From Saccostrea cucullata (taxonomy: Eukaryota): DNA of 64,000 nucleotides. Below the pieces are notes generated by a model. It had not been told where the DNA came from. It made no database searches and saw only the letters and a list, made by a program, of their open reading frames with translations. A program made the position numbers and the translations under genes. Positions 28,301-41,737 of this stretch are shown here, one piece after another. Position 1 is the stretch's first letter. The number at the start of each line of letters is the position of its first letter. The DNA is taken from contig NW_026941020.1 in NCBI RefSeq assembly GCF_032062105.1, positions 1 through 64,000 on the forward strand. Direction: 5' to 3'.

Positions 28301-31282
28301 AATATTAATTTGCACTAAAATATTTCAGCATTTCTCTCTTCTCTTAGATCCATAAAATATTCGTGATTTGGCACCTTTTCTGAAAAACCCAACAGGGGAT
28401 ATTTGTCCCTTTTGGACAGTTCTATTTATCATTTAGTGAGTGGAAGCAGGCAGGAGTGAGGTAATAGGTACCTCGAGTGTAGCTATACATGATATTCCTC
28501 TAACATTGTTTTGTTGTACAGTGATAGGTACCTCTACTGTAGCTATACATGATATTCCTCTAACATTGTTTTATTGTACAGGAGTGTAGCTATACATGAT
28601 ATTCCTCTAACATTGTTTTATTGTACAGTGATAGGTACCTCTACTGTAGCTATGCATGATATTCCTCTAACATTGTTTTATTGTACAGGACTGTAGCTAT
28701 ACATGATATTCCTCTAACATTGTTTTATTGTACAGGAGTGTAGCTATACATCATATTCCTCTAACATTGTTTTATTGTACAGGACTGTAGTACAGGACTG
28801 TAGCTATGACATTCCTCTAACATTGTTTTATTGTACAGGACTGTAGCTATGACATTCCTCTAACATTGTTTTATTGTACAGGAGTGTAGCTATACATGAC
28901 ATTCCTCTAACATTGTTTTATTGTACAGGAGTGTAGCTATACATGACATTCCTCTAACATTGTTTTATTGTACAGGAGTGTAGCTATACATGACATTCCT
29001 CTAACATTGTTTTATTGTACAGGAGTGTAGCTATACATGACATTCCTCTAACATTGTTTTATTGTACAGGAGTGTAGCTATACATGACATTCCTCTAACA
29101 TTGTTTTATTGTACAGGATTGTAGCTATACATGACATTCCTCTAACATTGTTTTATTGTACAGGATTGTAGCTATACATGACATTCCTCTAACATTGTTT
29201 TATTGTACAGGAGTGTAGCTATACATGACATTCCTCTAACATTGTTTTATTGTACAGGAGTGTAGCTATACATGATATTCCTCTAACATTGTTTTATTGT
29301 ACAGGACTGTAGCTATACATGATATTCCCCTAACATTGTTTTATTGTACAGGACTGTAGCTATGACATTCCTCTAACATTGTTTTATTGTACAGGACTGT
29401 AGCTATGACATTCCTCTAACATTGTTTTATTGTACAGGACTGTAGCTATGACATTCCTCTAACATTGTTTTATTGTACAGGACTGTAGCTATGACATTCC
29501 TCTAACATTGTTTTATTGTACAGGAGTGTAGCTATACATGATATTCCTCTAACATTGTTTTATTGTACAGGACTGTAGCTATGACATTCCTCTAACATTG
29601 TTTTATTGTACAGGAGTGGAAGCAGGCAGGAGGTGAGGTGGTAGGTACCTCTACTGTAGCTACACATGATATTCCAGTCACACCAATACAAGAACTAGTG
29701 GTTGACAAGCCAGTTCTTCTCATTGTTGGTGAGTACAAACTTAAAACACTGATTTATGTTACCCTGGATGTTTCATTTAAAAACAGCATTATATTCACTT
29801 GAGTTTATATAGATTTATGCATCTAATTTTTATATCATTTGAATGATAATGGATAATAGAGAAGTAACTCTATAAGTACTGTGAGTAGCATCTCGTTTGT
29901 CCTGAAACTTGTGTTCACAAGCTAAATGTCCAGATTATCGAAGCATCATGATGATTAAAGTTTACTTGGTTTTTATGCCCCGCCATGAATATGGCCGGGG
30001 CATATAGTGTTTGTCTTGTCCGTCTTCCGTCCTTCCGTCACACTTTGCATTTAGCTCAGTTCAAATCTCAGTTTAAAAGAAACTATGCAAGATATTTTCA
30101 TCAAACTTCATAGGATGATAGATATTGATGAGAGCTATGCAACTGCGTCAACATTTTTTGACCTTTACCTTTCGTTCGACCTTGACCTTACTTTTTTAAA
30201 TGAGTGTTTAGCTCAGTTTTAAAGATACCATTCAAGATATTTTTTATCAAATTTCATATGCTGATACATACTGATGAGAGCTATTCAACTGCATCAACAT
30301 TTGACCTTGACCTTTCCTTTGACCTTGACCTCACTTCATAAATTAGGGTCAAACTTCATATGCTAATACATACTTATGTAAGCAATTTATCTGCATCAAC
30401 ATTTTTGACCTTGTCCTTTCATTTGACCTTGACCTCACTTTTATCAAAGTGTGATTAAGTCAGTTTTAAAGAAACCATTAATATTTTTTCAACTTCATAT
30501 GCTGATACATTCTGATGAGAGCTTTTCAACTGCATCAATATATTTTGCAATTGCTATTCATGATATTCTGAAATTTCATACACAGATTCGAATTTTCATG
30601 TTGCATTACTGATATAACCTCGGCGTGGCATTCATGTCCTAATGGACATATTTCTAGTCTTATATATATCCAGGTTGTTCTTCACAAATTAAATGGAGAT
30701 GGATTAATTATTGACATTCAGATTAATAAGACAGCTTCACTGTATTAACATAACACTGTGAAAAAAAAAATCAGTAAGATTTGAATGATGTTTCTTGCTT
30801 CAGTTGTAGGCTATGAGGAAAGGGGTATAAGTAGTGCACTAATGGTGATTAAATTTTCTTGTCGTGAGGAGAAGGGTATAAGTTGTGCAGTGATGGGGAT
30901 TAAAATTTTCTGTCTTTATTATATGTATTGAGGAGGAGGGTATAAGTAGTACTCAAATAGAGATTGTTGAAGTTTATTTAGGTATTGAGGAGAAGGGTAT
31001 AAGTAATACTCTCATGGAGATTTAAAATTCTTGTCTTTATTGTAGGTAATGAGGAGATGGGTATAAGTAGTACTCTAATGGAGATTAAAGTTTCTTGTCT
31101 TTATTGTAGGTAATGAGGAGAAGGGTATAAGTAGTACTCTACTAGAGAAGTGTGACCAGGCGGTGTACATTCCCAGCTGTGACCCGCGGTTTATCGGTTC
31201 ACTGAATGTGTCTGTCGCTACGGGAATTATTCTCCACCATCTGGTGTCCCGCAATGAAAAAATGAACAAAGGAACAACATGA
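25380..31282 (+). CDS. MRM1: Mitochondrial rRNA methyltransferase 1, SPOUT family (exons 25380-25558, 26558-26854, 27124-27184, 27403-27482, 27573-27675, 29614-29728, 31110-31282)
   Basis: Arg-rich N-terminal presequence, EILFGVHP, QDPMNFGAILRTSYFLGVD, LSPVVSKASSGALE, VGNEEKG and SLNVSVATGIILH; exon phases are consistent. Confidence 0.9.
27864..28428 (+). mobile_element. Non-autonomous Helitron/Helentron (HINE-like)
   Basis: 5' CCCCC...GGGGG hairpin, GTCC/GTCT microsatellite, TGACCT-rich core, 3' TGTCC...GGACA hairpin. Confidence 0.65.
28478..29613 (+). repeat. 47/43-bp minisatellite built from the MRM1 exon 6 acceptor
   Basis: Unit GAGTGTAGCTATACATGACATTCCTCTAACATTGTTTTATTGTACAG, about 24 copies; the last copy supplies the real acceptor. 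Confidence 0.95.
29970..30658 (+). mobile_element. HINE-like non-autonomous Helitron
   Basis: TTTTATGCCCCG...CGGGGCATA hairpin, CCGT microsatellite, internal tandem repeats, 3' ATGTCC...GGACAT hairpin followed by CTAGT. Confidence 0.7.
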
Positions 31283-31789
31283 TAATTAAAATGTTTTATT
31301 TTGTGTATAGTGTATATTGATATATATACTAGGTTTTCATTTTGATTTTGTGTGCGTTGTAAATATATATGGAAGATCTGCATATTTTGTTTGACATGTG
31401 TATTGTAGAATATATGTATGAAGTTTTTCATGTTTTATTTGTTTACATTGTTTATATGACTGTATGGAAGTTGGTTTGCAAATACTAGTAACCTGAAAGC
31501 TTCCCCTATTCTACTTTCAAGGTTGTTTTTTCCACTTAAGTGAATTTTAAGTAATAATTTATCGTCAATCTAATTGTATAGAATGTTCAAGACTCCATAC
31601 TTTCTCTATGCTACATAATGATATTTAATTTACATTGCATAAAGTACACCTAAAAACAAACATGTGATTTTAAAAATGAAATTTATTAAAATATATTATT
31701 AAAAAACTATTGTTACCACTTATCAGTTTTGTGGAGTACTAGTATATATAGATTGGCTCATTTTCTTGCATGATCTTTAAGAGAATAAG

Positions 31790-33610
31790 ACTATGAGTGG
31801 CTAAGAGAGAGAATGTGAGGGCAATATTCCAATTATAATTGTGAGGGAGTTAGACTACAAGAGGATTAGTGAGAGAATTAGGGCAATATTTCAATTAAGA
31901 TAAATTAGAGAGTAAGATTTTGAGTAAGAATTTGAGGGCAATATTTGAATTGAGATTTTGAGAGAGTAATAAGTCTACAAAGGTCTAGGAAAGAGAATGC
32001 ATGTGAAGGTGATGTTAAAATAAAGATAGTGAGATAGAAAGAGTCTATAACGAGCTAAGAGAGAAAATGTGAGGGCAATATTCCAATTAGAATTGTGAGA
32101 GAGTAAGACAACAAGGGGTTAAGAGAGAGAATGAGGGGGTAGGGTAAATATGAGAGAGAGAGAGACTGAAAGAGAGACTGTGAGGGCAATTTTCCAAGAT
32201 TATGGAAGAGTAAGACTATGAGGGACCAAGATAAAGAATTTGAGGGCAATATTCCAATAAAAATTGTGAGAGAGCAAGACTACAAAGGCTAGGAAAGAGA
32301 AAGAGAGGGCAATTATCAATATTTCAATTAAATTTGTGAGAGAGTAAGACTACGAGGGGACAAGAGTAACAATGTGAGGGCAATATTTAAAATAAAATTG
32401 TGAGAGAGTACGACAACGATGGGTTAAGAGAGAGAATGTGAGGGCAATATTTCAATTAAGATTGCAAGAGAGTATGATTACGAAGGGCAAAGAGAATAAT
32501 GCAATATTCCAATAAAATTGCGGGAGTAAGGCTTGAAGGGGATAAAAGAAAGGTTGTGAGTGCAATATTTATACCCCCCGCTTGAAAAGCGGGAGGGTAT
32601 ATAGTGATCGGGATTTCCGTCCGTCCGTCCGTCTATTACGCTTTTTCTCTTATCCGCAACTCCTCTTATACTACTGAGTGAAATTTAATGAAACTTTGAA
32701 TCTTTATTACATATTGCCATTGTTCCTATTTTACTTTTTTATTCGAACGTATAGGTTTCCCAGAGCAAAACATGGACATTGCCATTTTTTGAGAGTCACA
32801 TAATAGAAGCTTCTGGATAACACTTCATAAGAGAGTTATTCCTCTTTACACATTACCGTAAAACAATATAAAGCAACACATCGACATTATGGGAGGCGGG
32901 GGGTATCATTTAGTGAGCTCATTGCTCACAGTACCTCTAGTTCAATTAAGATTGTGAGAGAGCAAGATTACAAAGAGCTAAGAGAGATAATGTGAGGGCA
33001 ATATCTTAATCAAAATTGTGAAAGAGTAATTAAGACTACAAGGGGATAAGAGAGGGAATGTAAGGGTAATATTTGTAACCCCTGCTTGAAAAGCAGAAGT
33101 TTTTTATATAGTAATCTGGACGTCTGTCCGTCTGTTACACTTTGGGGTACCCATCTCTTATCCGCAACTCCTCTCATACCATTAAATGAAATTTGATGAG
33201 ACTTTCACAGAATCTATATTACATATTGCCTTTGTGCACCTCCTATTTTACATTTTGATCTGACACATATTTTGGGTTTCCCATGGCACAACATGGTCAC
33301 TGCCCTTATATTCATATGGGAGGAGGGTGGTATCATTTAGTGAGCTCATTGCTCACAGTGCCTCTAGTTAAATCAAGATTGCTAAACTGTAAGACTATGA
33401 GCAGCTGAGAGAGAGAGAGAGTGTGCAAGGGCAATATTCCATTTAAAATTGTGAGAGAGTAAGACTATGAGGGGTTAAGAGATCGAGAGGATGTGAGGCT
33501 AATATTAATATGAAAGAGAGAGACTACAATTGACTAAAAGAATGTGAGGGCAATATATTCCAATTAAAATTGTGAGATAGACTACAAAGGCTAGGAAAAA
33601 GAATGTGAGG
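31790..33610 (+). repeat. Degenerate ~65-bp purine-rich tandem repeat interrupted by HINE copies
   Basis: Recurrent GAGAGAATGTGAGGGCAATATTCCAATTAAAATTGTGAGAGAGTAAGACTAC. Confidence 0.8.
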
Positions 33611-34020
33611 GCAACTAGAGGTACTGTGAGCAATGAGCTCACTAAATGATACCCCCTGTCTCCCATAATGTCCATGTTTTGCTATATATTGTTTTAAGGT
33701 AATGTGTAAAGAGGAATAACTTGTCATATCAAATGTTATCCAGAAGCCTCTATATGTGACGTCATAGGTAAGAACATAATGGCAATGGCTATGGGAAACC
33801 TAAAATATGTGTCGTATAAAAAAAGTAGAATAGGAGGTGCACAATGGCAATATGTAATTAAGATTCTGTGAAAGTTTCATTAAATTTCACTCAGTGGTAT
33901 AAGAGGAGTTGCGGATAAGAGATGGGGACCCCAAAGCGTAACAGATGGACGTACGGAACGATGGACGCACAGACGGACATATCGATTACTATATACCCTC
34001 CCACTTTTCAAGCGGGGGGT
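32568..34020. mobile_element. Three related short HINE copies (32568-32942 +, 33072-33370 +, 33614-34020 -)
   Basis: Shared 5' CCCCGCTTGAAAAG hairpin, CCGT repeats and 3' GTGAGCTCATTGCTCAC...CTAGTT end. Confidence 0.75.
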
Positions 34021-34468
34021 TAGTAAATTTCATACCTGGCGAGGCGGAGCCGAGTCAGGTATGAAATTTACTAACCAGGTATCATCCCATACCCTGTCAC
34101 TAAATGACTATGTAACGAATTTACCCCACCGATGAAACATTTACGTTTAATCTGTAGTTTATAAATGGTTTTCTCTGCTAAATGCTTCATCACGCTTATA
34201 CTGTGCCTATTATGACGTCACGTTTGTGTTTGTGACGTTATACATCGACCGGGTATAGATTACAACTGACCGGGTATGGATTTACAACTGACCGGGTATA
34301 AGTAATCCACCGCCTTCACGTGACAGACTTCAACCAATCGTAAGCCAGAATTTCACGGAAAAATCAACAGAGGTGGGGTAAAAAAAGAATTCCTCACTGC
34401 TCGAAGGCACTCAGTGCCAAGTATAAGACAAAATTTAAAGCTCTCCATCGACAAGTGGGTAAAGAATG

Positions 34469-35176
34469 GAAGCGTACAAGGCGAGAACAATCCCCCTCTC
34501 TGAGAAAAGACATTTCTCAATTCTATAAGTTATATTTTTCAAAAAAATTATATTGTTTATAAAATTATAATCTTTTACACATTTATTTCTGTATTTCATT
34601 GTTTTAATATTTTATCAATAACTTATTTTTCACTCATGTTTTTAAGATATGGGAAAACAAAAAAGAACAAGCTTCACGTATGATTGGAACTCTCTCCATA
34701 GCGCAGGGTTTGGTCCAAGACCGAACGCTTTAACCACTACGCTACGATGTAGATGCATTATCGATGTCTTTCATTGTGATTTAAACAAACGGGTTTGTTG
34801 AAGCGTAAATTTTTTCAGAAATTTTCGATTTTCATATAGAATGGGTTCAGAAATATTCCAATTTTTGGACAAATGAAATAGATTTTACATTTACGTTTCC
34901 ATCATTTAAGCGTTAACGAAAAATGGAGACTTGACCCATTCATGTTCAAAATTCATTTTTCCAATAAACCCATTTTCCACCAAATATGCTTAACTATCAA
35001 CTTTGAAATAAAGATTATCAATTAGTAAGTCGTTCAGTAAAATAAAATGATAAAATGTTTTGAAGATGACATTACTGAGAACATGATTTTAGAAAAATAA
35101 AAGCTTTCTGTGATTTTTGAAAATTGAGAAACATTTTGTCTCAGAGCAGGGGATTGTCCACGCCTTATACGCCTTC
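34469..35176. mobile_element. Non-autonomous TIR element containing a tRNA-like segment
   Basis: Imperfect TIR GAAGCGTACAAGGCG...AATCCCC..TCTGAGAAAA / TTTTGTCTCAGAGCAGGGGATT...CGCCTTATACGCCTTC. The minus strand has TAGCGTAGTGG...GTTCCAATC at about 34680-34750. Confidence 0.55.
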
Positions 35177-35506
35177 TTTCTTTCTAGAGAGGGACGTCAA
35201 ACAACAAACCAATGTACAATATACTTTGTCTTCTGCCTTGGATCAATCAGTAAGGCAATAGAGTACTGCTTATGCCAAGGTGTGAAAGAATTAAACAACA
35301 TCATTCTGTAAAAAGTCATGTTTATTTTGTCACAACACATGGGTGCAAATTCAAATGGAACTTGAGACAACATTATACTCAAGATGAACCGAGTACCTCA
35401 AAACAGTACTTGGAAGTGGGAAAATGGGAGATGAAATTTAACACATTTTACTTCATAAATGATTTACAGCAAACCTATTAACATCAAAAACATGACATTC
35501 TTAAAC

Positions 35507-35700
35507 ATACTAACTTTACAGTAATATCTGTATAGAGAAACTATGGCCAATGGTAAATACTGACTTCACAGTAATATCTGTATAGAGAAACTATGGCCAA
35601 TGGTAAATACTAACTTTACAGTAATATCTGTATAGAGAAACTATGGCCAATGGTAAATACTGACTTTACAGTAATTTTGATTTGAGAAACTATGGTCAAT
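35507..35700 (+). repeat. 51-bp tandem repeat, about 4 copies
   Basis: ATACTAACTTTACAGTAATATCTGTATAGAGAAACTATGGCCAATGGTAA. Confidence 0.85.
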
Positions 35701-36109
35701 GTTAATTGTTTTTAACGTTGATTTGAAAATATCACAAGCAGAATCACAGACCTGGACGGAATGAAACTTCTCTATACCCTCGTAAGGAACATGTATCGTA
35801 TTAAACTTCTCTCAACCCTCATAAAGAACATGTATCATATAAAACTTCTCTCTACCCTCTTAAAGAAAAAGCATCATTAAAATAAGTATAGATATAAAGT
35901 ACAAATTAAGAATACGTAAATTACATACCCTTCCTCATGCTAAATGTGTTCTATAAACAGAGTAAAAATCCTCTCTATCATAAAAACATGATCATCATAC
36001 ACACAATAAAATGATGTCTGTAAATTCAGATAGTTGGCATCAAAAACAAAACGTAACAAAAAGAACACAACATGTAAAATACATTTGGCAAACGTGATAA
36101 GTTTATATT

Positions 36110-37608
36110 TTAGTTCATTTCAGAACTTCTCGACTCATGGGCATGAGTGGCCCACTTTTGTTCCTTTGTGGGCATGTGATCTACAGCTATGACCTGCACC
36201 TCCTGCGAGATTTCCACATGCTTTTTGCGATGAGAAGGCGGGACGACCTTTTGAAACATGACATGCCGATCACCAGATTTTATGGGAGGAAGGGGTGGCA
36301 GTTTGCGTTCTTTGATTTCTGGCTCAATGTCGTCTCGTTCAATGATGGACCGTGCGGCCTCCAGAACAGGGGAATCGGAGCGTGAAGTGCCACCTGACCC
36401 GGCACGGACTGGCTGTATTTCCTCATGCTCCGGTTTCCTAGCTCCACGATGACCCCTCCTGATCCCTGACATCCGCTCCTTTGGAAGTCCAGGAGGAGCC
36501 GGAACTAGTCCATGAGAAGCATTAGCAATATATGCCTGTTTTGAACCATTTTCTAACTGTAATCTTTTGAGTTTATGCAGTTCTGTGGTCAAATAAGCCA
36601 CTTGATTGGATTTGGACTCGAGGTCTGCACGCAGCCTGTCCTCCCATTCGCTCCGTTTGCGGAGCTCCTCTTGGTGTTTGATTTTCGTTCGCTTGACGTC
36701 GGTCTCCAGATGTTTGATCTGTTTGTCTTTCCGCTGGAGCTCCTGGCAATATTCCTCCCTCTCTTTTATCTGCTCCTGGATCTCCTTCTTTAAATCCTGG
36801 ATCTGAGCGCTTTGAGCACCTGACAAATATTTAAAACGACAATCAAATATAGTTCTGTTGAAAGCATGAATAAATTAATTTAAATCAAAAATCATTTACC
36901 AAGCTGGACATTATAAGCACAATCAACATATTTAACATTAAAGAGGGAGATGTTGATAAAGAAATCTGAGAAAGTGCAGAAATAGAACAAATATAAGGTT
37001 TATTTAAAAGCAGTCACTAACAAGACTGTAACTATGGTGACTTTTTTTTCTTTCATACACAATGCTTCACACACAGGGTATGCAAGGAAAAAGTGGATTA
37101 TCAATGTGACCAAAAAAAGTTTCACTAATGCTTTAACATTAAATGAAATAAAGTAGAATATCAAGTAACTACTCACCTGGTGAATCGTCACCTATTCCTT
37201 GCATATTGAGTTGAAAAGTCAAGTCTAAAATTTAATAAAAGTCATTAGATTTCATGAATACAAACAAATAAATGCTGATCATAGAATAACTTTGATTGAC
37301 TTGTTGTAAATAAAAGCATTATGCATGCACAAGGAATTAATTTTCTACTTGCGGATTAAACAGAAATTGAGATTCCGCAGAATTATGACCCGTGGAAAAA
37401 AAGTATGTCTACAGTAGTCATATTCCTCTCATAACATGAGCTACTGTGAGTTGCTTCTATAAGAATGATTTTTGCACTTACCTGAGCATTTTTTCTGGAG
37501 ATTTTTGATTTCCTCGTGGAGACCTTTCAGTGTCTGAGCATGCTCAGTCTGCATGAACAGGATGGCACTCTCAAGGTTACGCTGATGGACAGCTGCTTGT
37601 GTTGCCAT
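36110..37608 (-). CDS. CCDC92: Coiled-coil domain-containing protein 92 (exons 37608-37482, 37224-37177, 36819-36110; probable 5' UTR exon near 41282-41480)
   Basis: SAILFMQTEHAQTLKGLHEEIKNLQKKCSDLTFQL, VAYLTTELH and LPPLPPI match CCDC92; GT-AG phases are consistent. Confidence 0.85.
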
Positions 37609-37842
37609 GGTTACAATTTAATGGCCAAGGTTCTGTAAAGATTTATATGTCGAGTGTAAAAGTTTGCATTCAATACAATCTACAGTTATTTTTCCATTGA
37701 ATTTTACAAGATTCCATATATAGTCCATCTTTGGTATCTTGAATATAGATATCTTGAATACCATGGATATGCCCATCTACTTAATATTCACTTAGTATTT
37801 TACCCTGAACATCTTGAATCCATAACACTGACAATGTAAAAT

Positions 37843-38299
37843 AACAAGAGGCCCAGGGGCCACAGCGCTCACCTGAGCACATACTCCCCCCCCCCCTCCA
37901 GGCGTTCATCATTTGAACAAACTAGAATCTACACTACCTGAGGATGATTCCATATAAATATCACTAATCATAGCTTTGAAGTACTTGAAAAGAAGATTTT
38001 AAAAGGTTTCCCTATATATCCCTATGTAAAACTTGGGTCGGCCATTTTGGACCCACCCTAGCCACGGGGGTCATGATTTGAACAAACTTGAATAACACTA
38101 CCTGAGGATGATTCCACATGAGTTTCATCTTTCCTGGCCCAGTGGATCTTCATCAGGATTTTTAAAGATATTTCCTATATATTCCTATGTAAAACTTGGG
38201 TCGGCCATTTTGGCCCCACCCTTGCCCCGGGGGTCATGATTTGAACAAAGTTGAATCTACACTACCTGAGGATGATTCCACATGAGTTTTCTTTCCTGA

Positions 38300-38330
<31 letters not shown>

Positions 38331-38462
38331 GATTTTTCCTATATATTCCTATGTAAAATTTGGGTTGGCCATTTTGGCCCAACCCTTGCCCCGGGGGTCA
38401 TGATTTGAACAAATTTGAATCTACACTACCTGAGGATGATTCCACATGAGTTTCATCTTTCC

Positions 38463-38496
<34 letters not shown>

Positions 38497-38628
38497 GATT
38501 TTTTCTATATATTCCTATGTAAAATTTGGGTCGGCCATTTTGGCCCCACCCTTGCCCCGGGGGTCATGATTTGAACAAACTTGAATCTACACTTCCTGAG
38601 GATGATTCCACATGAGTTTCATCTTTCC

Positions 38629-38662
<34 letters not shown>

Positions 38663-39124
38663 GATTTTTCCTATATATTCCTATGTAAAATTTGGGTAAG
38701 CCATTTTGGCCCCACCCTTGCCCCAGGGGTCATGATTTGAACAAACTTGAATCTACACTACCTGAGGATGATTCCACATGAGTTTCATCTTTCCTGTCCT
38801 AGTGGTTCTTGAGAAGAAGATTTTAAAAAAATTTTCCTATATATTCCTATGTAAAACTAGGGTCGGCCATTTTGGCCCCATCCTTGCCCCAGGGGTCATG
38901 ATTTGAACAAACATGAATCTACACTACCTGAGGATGATTCCACATGAGTTTCATCTTTCCTGGCCCAGTGGTTCTTGAGAAGAAGATTTTTAAAGATTTT
39001 TCCTATATATTCCTATGTAAAACTTGGGTCGGCCATTTTGGCCCCACCCTTGCCCCGGTGGTCATGATTTGAGAAGAAGATTTTTTAAAAATGCCATTAA
39101 TTTTTAACAAATTCATGATTATCT

Positions 39125-39208
<84 letters not shown>

Positions 39209-39218
39209 AGTGGTTCTT

Positions 39219-39257
<39 letters not shown>

Positions 39258-39270
39258 AACGACAGACGAT

Positions 39271-39323
<53 letters not shown>
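37843..39323 (-). mobile_element. HINE-type Helitron carrying about 7 copies of a ~167-bp Cg170-like satellite
   Basis: Ends AACAAGAGGCCCAGGGGCC...CTCACCTGAG and GCTCACTTGAGCC..GGCTCAGGTGAGCTAA. The internal monomer contains TTGAACAAACTTGAATCTACACTACCTGAGGATG and GAAGAAGATTTTTAAA. Confidence 0.85.
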
Positions 39324-41737
39324 TAATAGAAATTTTTTGTTCATAGATATACTGCATACAGGGTTATTTTCACCCCATGTTATTTTCGCCCTTTCACACT
39401 TGCAAACAATTTTGACCCATTTTAAATTAACGCAGTCATAGTTTTGTTTAAGAAATTTTACTGTATCCTTTGGATTTGTTCCCTTTTATATTCACCCAAA
39501 TGAGGCTAGAATGAAAGAGGCAAAAATAAAACGGGGACGAAAAGTTCCCTTTCTACAGTTCTTCCCATACCTTCCATGTCTGATCAATATAGGTTTGCCT
39601 TAAACATTTCTTATCAATGTGTGAACATTCAATGTTTTCCTTAAGAACCGGCTACCGGCCAAATTGACCGCTTCAATTAACAAAAATGCCACTTTGAATA
39701 AAAATTTGTTGTAAGGTCCACAGAGATTTTGATCATAAACCTCAGTCCCTAGCCTGTTACAACTGATCTCTAACCTTTTACTTTGAAATAAAAGGAAAAC
39801 ACTGAACATTAAAGGCATTAATTACCTTAAAATGTATTTTTAAAAGAGGTAACCTTTGAAGAAGAAGGGGCGGTAAATGGTTACTGGAAGCAATATTTAG
39901 TACTAAACTATGAGAAAATGAAGGCAGAATTTTTTTCTGCATTACTATTTTATTCCATAAAAAATACAATAAAATTTGGATTGGGCAAACTCAGAATGAA
40001 TGTGTGCGGGCCTGAGAATCATAATTTAAATTCATGTAGCCTTATTATATACAGACACATGATTATATACAGACACATGATTATTTTCTACTGACAGTGC
40101 TAAAGGAGGTTTTGGTGTTATCACTTTAGTTCACTCCATCTGTTTACTAGATTGGTCAACAGATTACAGTTGTCTAAAGCAAATCAGATCGGCTTACATC
40201 AGAGGCTCAGAGCCTCCTATATATCTGTCAGTGGAGAAAAATTTATGTGTCTGTTTAATAAATTGTCTAATTATAGCATATAAAACACAAATGAAGGAGT
40301 TAAGCTAGGTTAAGGGACAAGTAGGAGAACCTCTTCCTGTCAGAGTTCGTCCAAAAAAAAAAAAAAAGAAAATAAGTTTTTTCGTGGAATTGATTGAGAA
40401 ATTGCACATATTTTTGAGAAAATAACTTGTATTTAAATGTTTAATAGGTTGGTGCGGATTAATAGCTGTACGTTATACATGCTCTAAGTGTCTGAGGTTT
40501 CAACATTTAAGCACTAAATTTATATTTTGGGATGTTGTCGGTCCTATAACACACCTGGCCAGGTGCTGACAAATTGAATACCGCACGCTAGCGAGGTATG
40601 ATAATTTGTCGGCACAGCCAGGTGTGTTATAGGACTGATGACATCCAAAAATATGAATTCAATGCTTATATTTACTTTCTCTAATTTTCCCTTTTCATAA
40701 TTGTTTGTTTCATTAATGTTTAATGTGAATTTAGTGCCCTTCAGTACTGGTGTGCCTAATAGAAATAACAGCCGTTTGTGACGTTGGAAAGTTAAATAAG
40801 CAAATGAACATTGCGAGTGGAAAAATGGCAATTAATTTTTTACACACATTTGTAGTATTTAATGTTAACTCAAAAGGGTAGTAATTTTTTTGTTACATTG
40901 AGTCAAAACACTGTACATTTTGGTGTTGACCTAGATATTGAAAATGCATGTAGTTTCTACTGTGTTTTCTACCGCACAGTGACAAGGTTTCGCGTGTGTT
41001 ATAGAGATTTGAACGTTGTAGATTTCTAATGGATTTCATTAAGAAGATTAGACTGAATGTAAATATAGTGTTATAGAGCCTTACAAGGGAAAATATTTCC
41101 AAATATTTAGCAGTGATACATGTGAAAAGTAGGTTGTCTGCAAAGTCAGATCTAAAAAAAAATGGATACATTGCAAGCAAAGTTAAATATTTACCAATTT
41201 GTTCTCAATATAATGAAGTCTCTGTTTACACTTCAAAAATTATGAATAAATGAAAATCTTAAATTACCATAATCATCATACCTGAACCTTAAGTTTGCTA
41301 TATTTCAGCCATCATGTCTACAACAAAATTCACTTACACATAAAATTAACGGAACTGGATTAATGGTTTGGTTGGCATTGTGCGTTTACACGCTAAAGAA
41401 CAATGCCGACTGTAATAATCAATAATATCCCTCCCTAGCTTTTCCAGTTTTCCTTCACTACAGGAATGCTAAGAGCATTGTGGGTAATTTACAACTTCCG
41501 GCTTACAACTCATTCGTTAATTTTCGCATTTTTCCGTATTTTTTCATGACATTGTTATCATTTTGATTATGATATATGTTTTTTGGAAAAGAACAGCTAA
41601 AAATTACTGTGAATGTAGATATAATTTATTCTATCTGAAATGAATTTTAGATGTAAATAATTATTTCGGAACTCTTCTAATTTAATCCATCGGAACTTCT
41701 CAATACTTTTGTGAGGGAAGGTGGGAAACGCGAGAAA

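Noticed and set aside
36137-36806. Plus-strand ORFs over CCDC92 exon 3
   Set aside because: Antisense shadows of a real coding exon.
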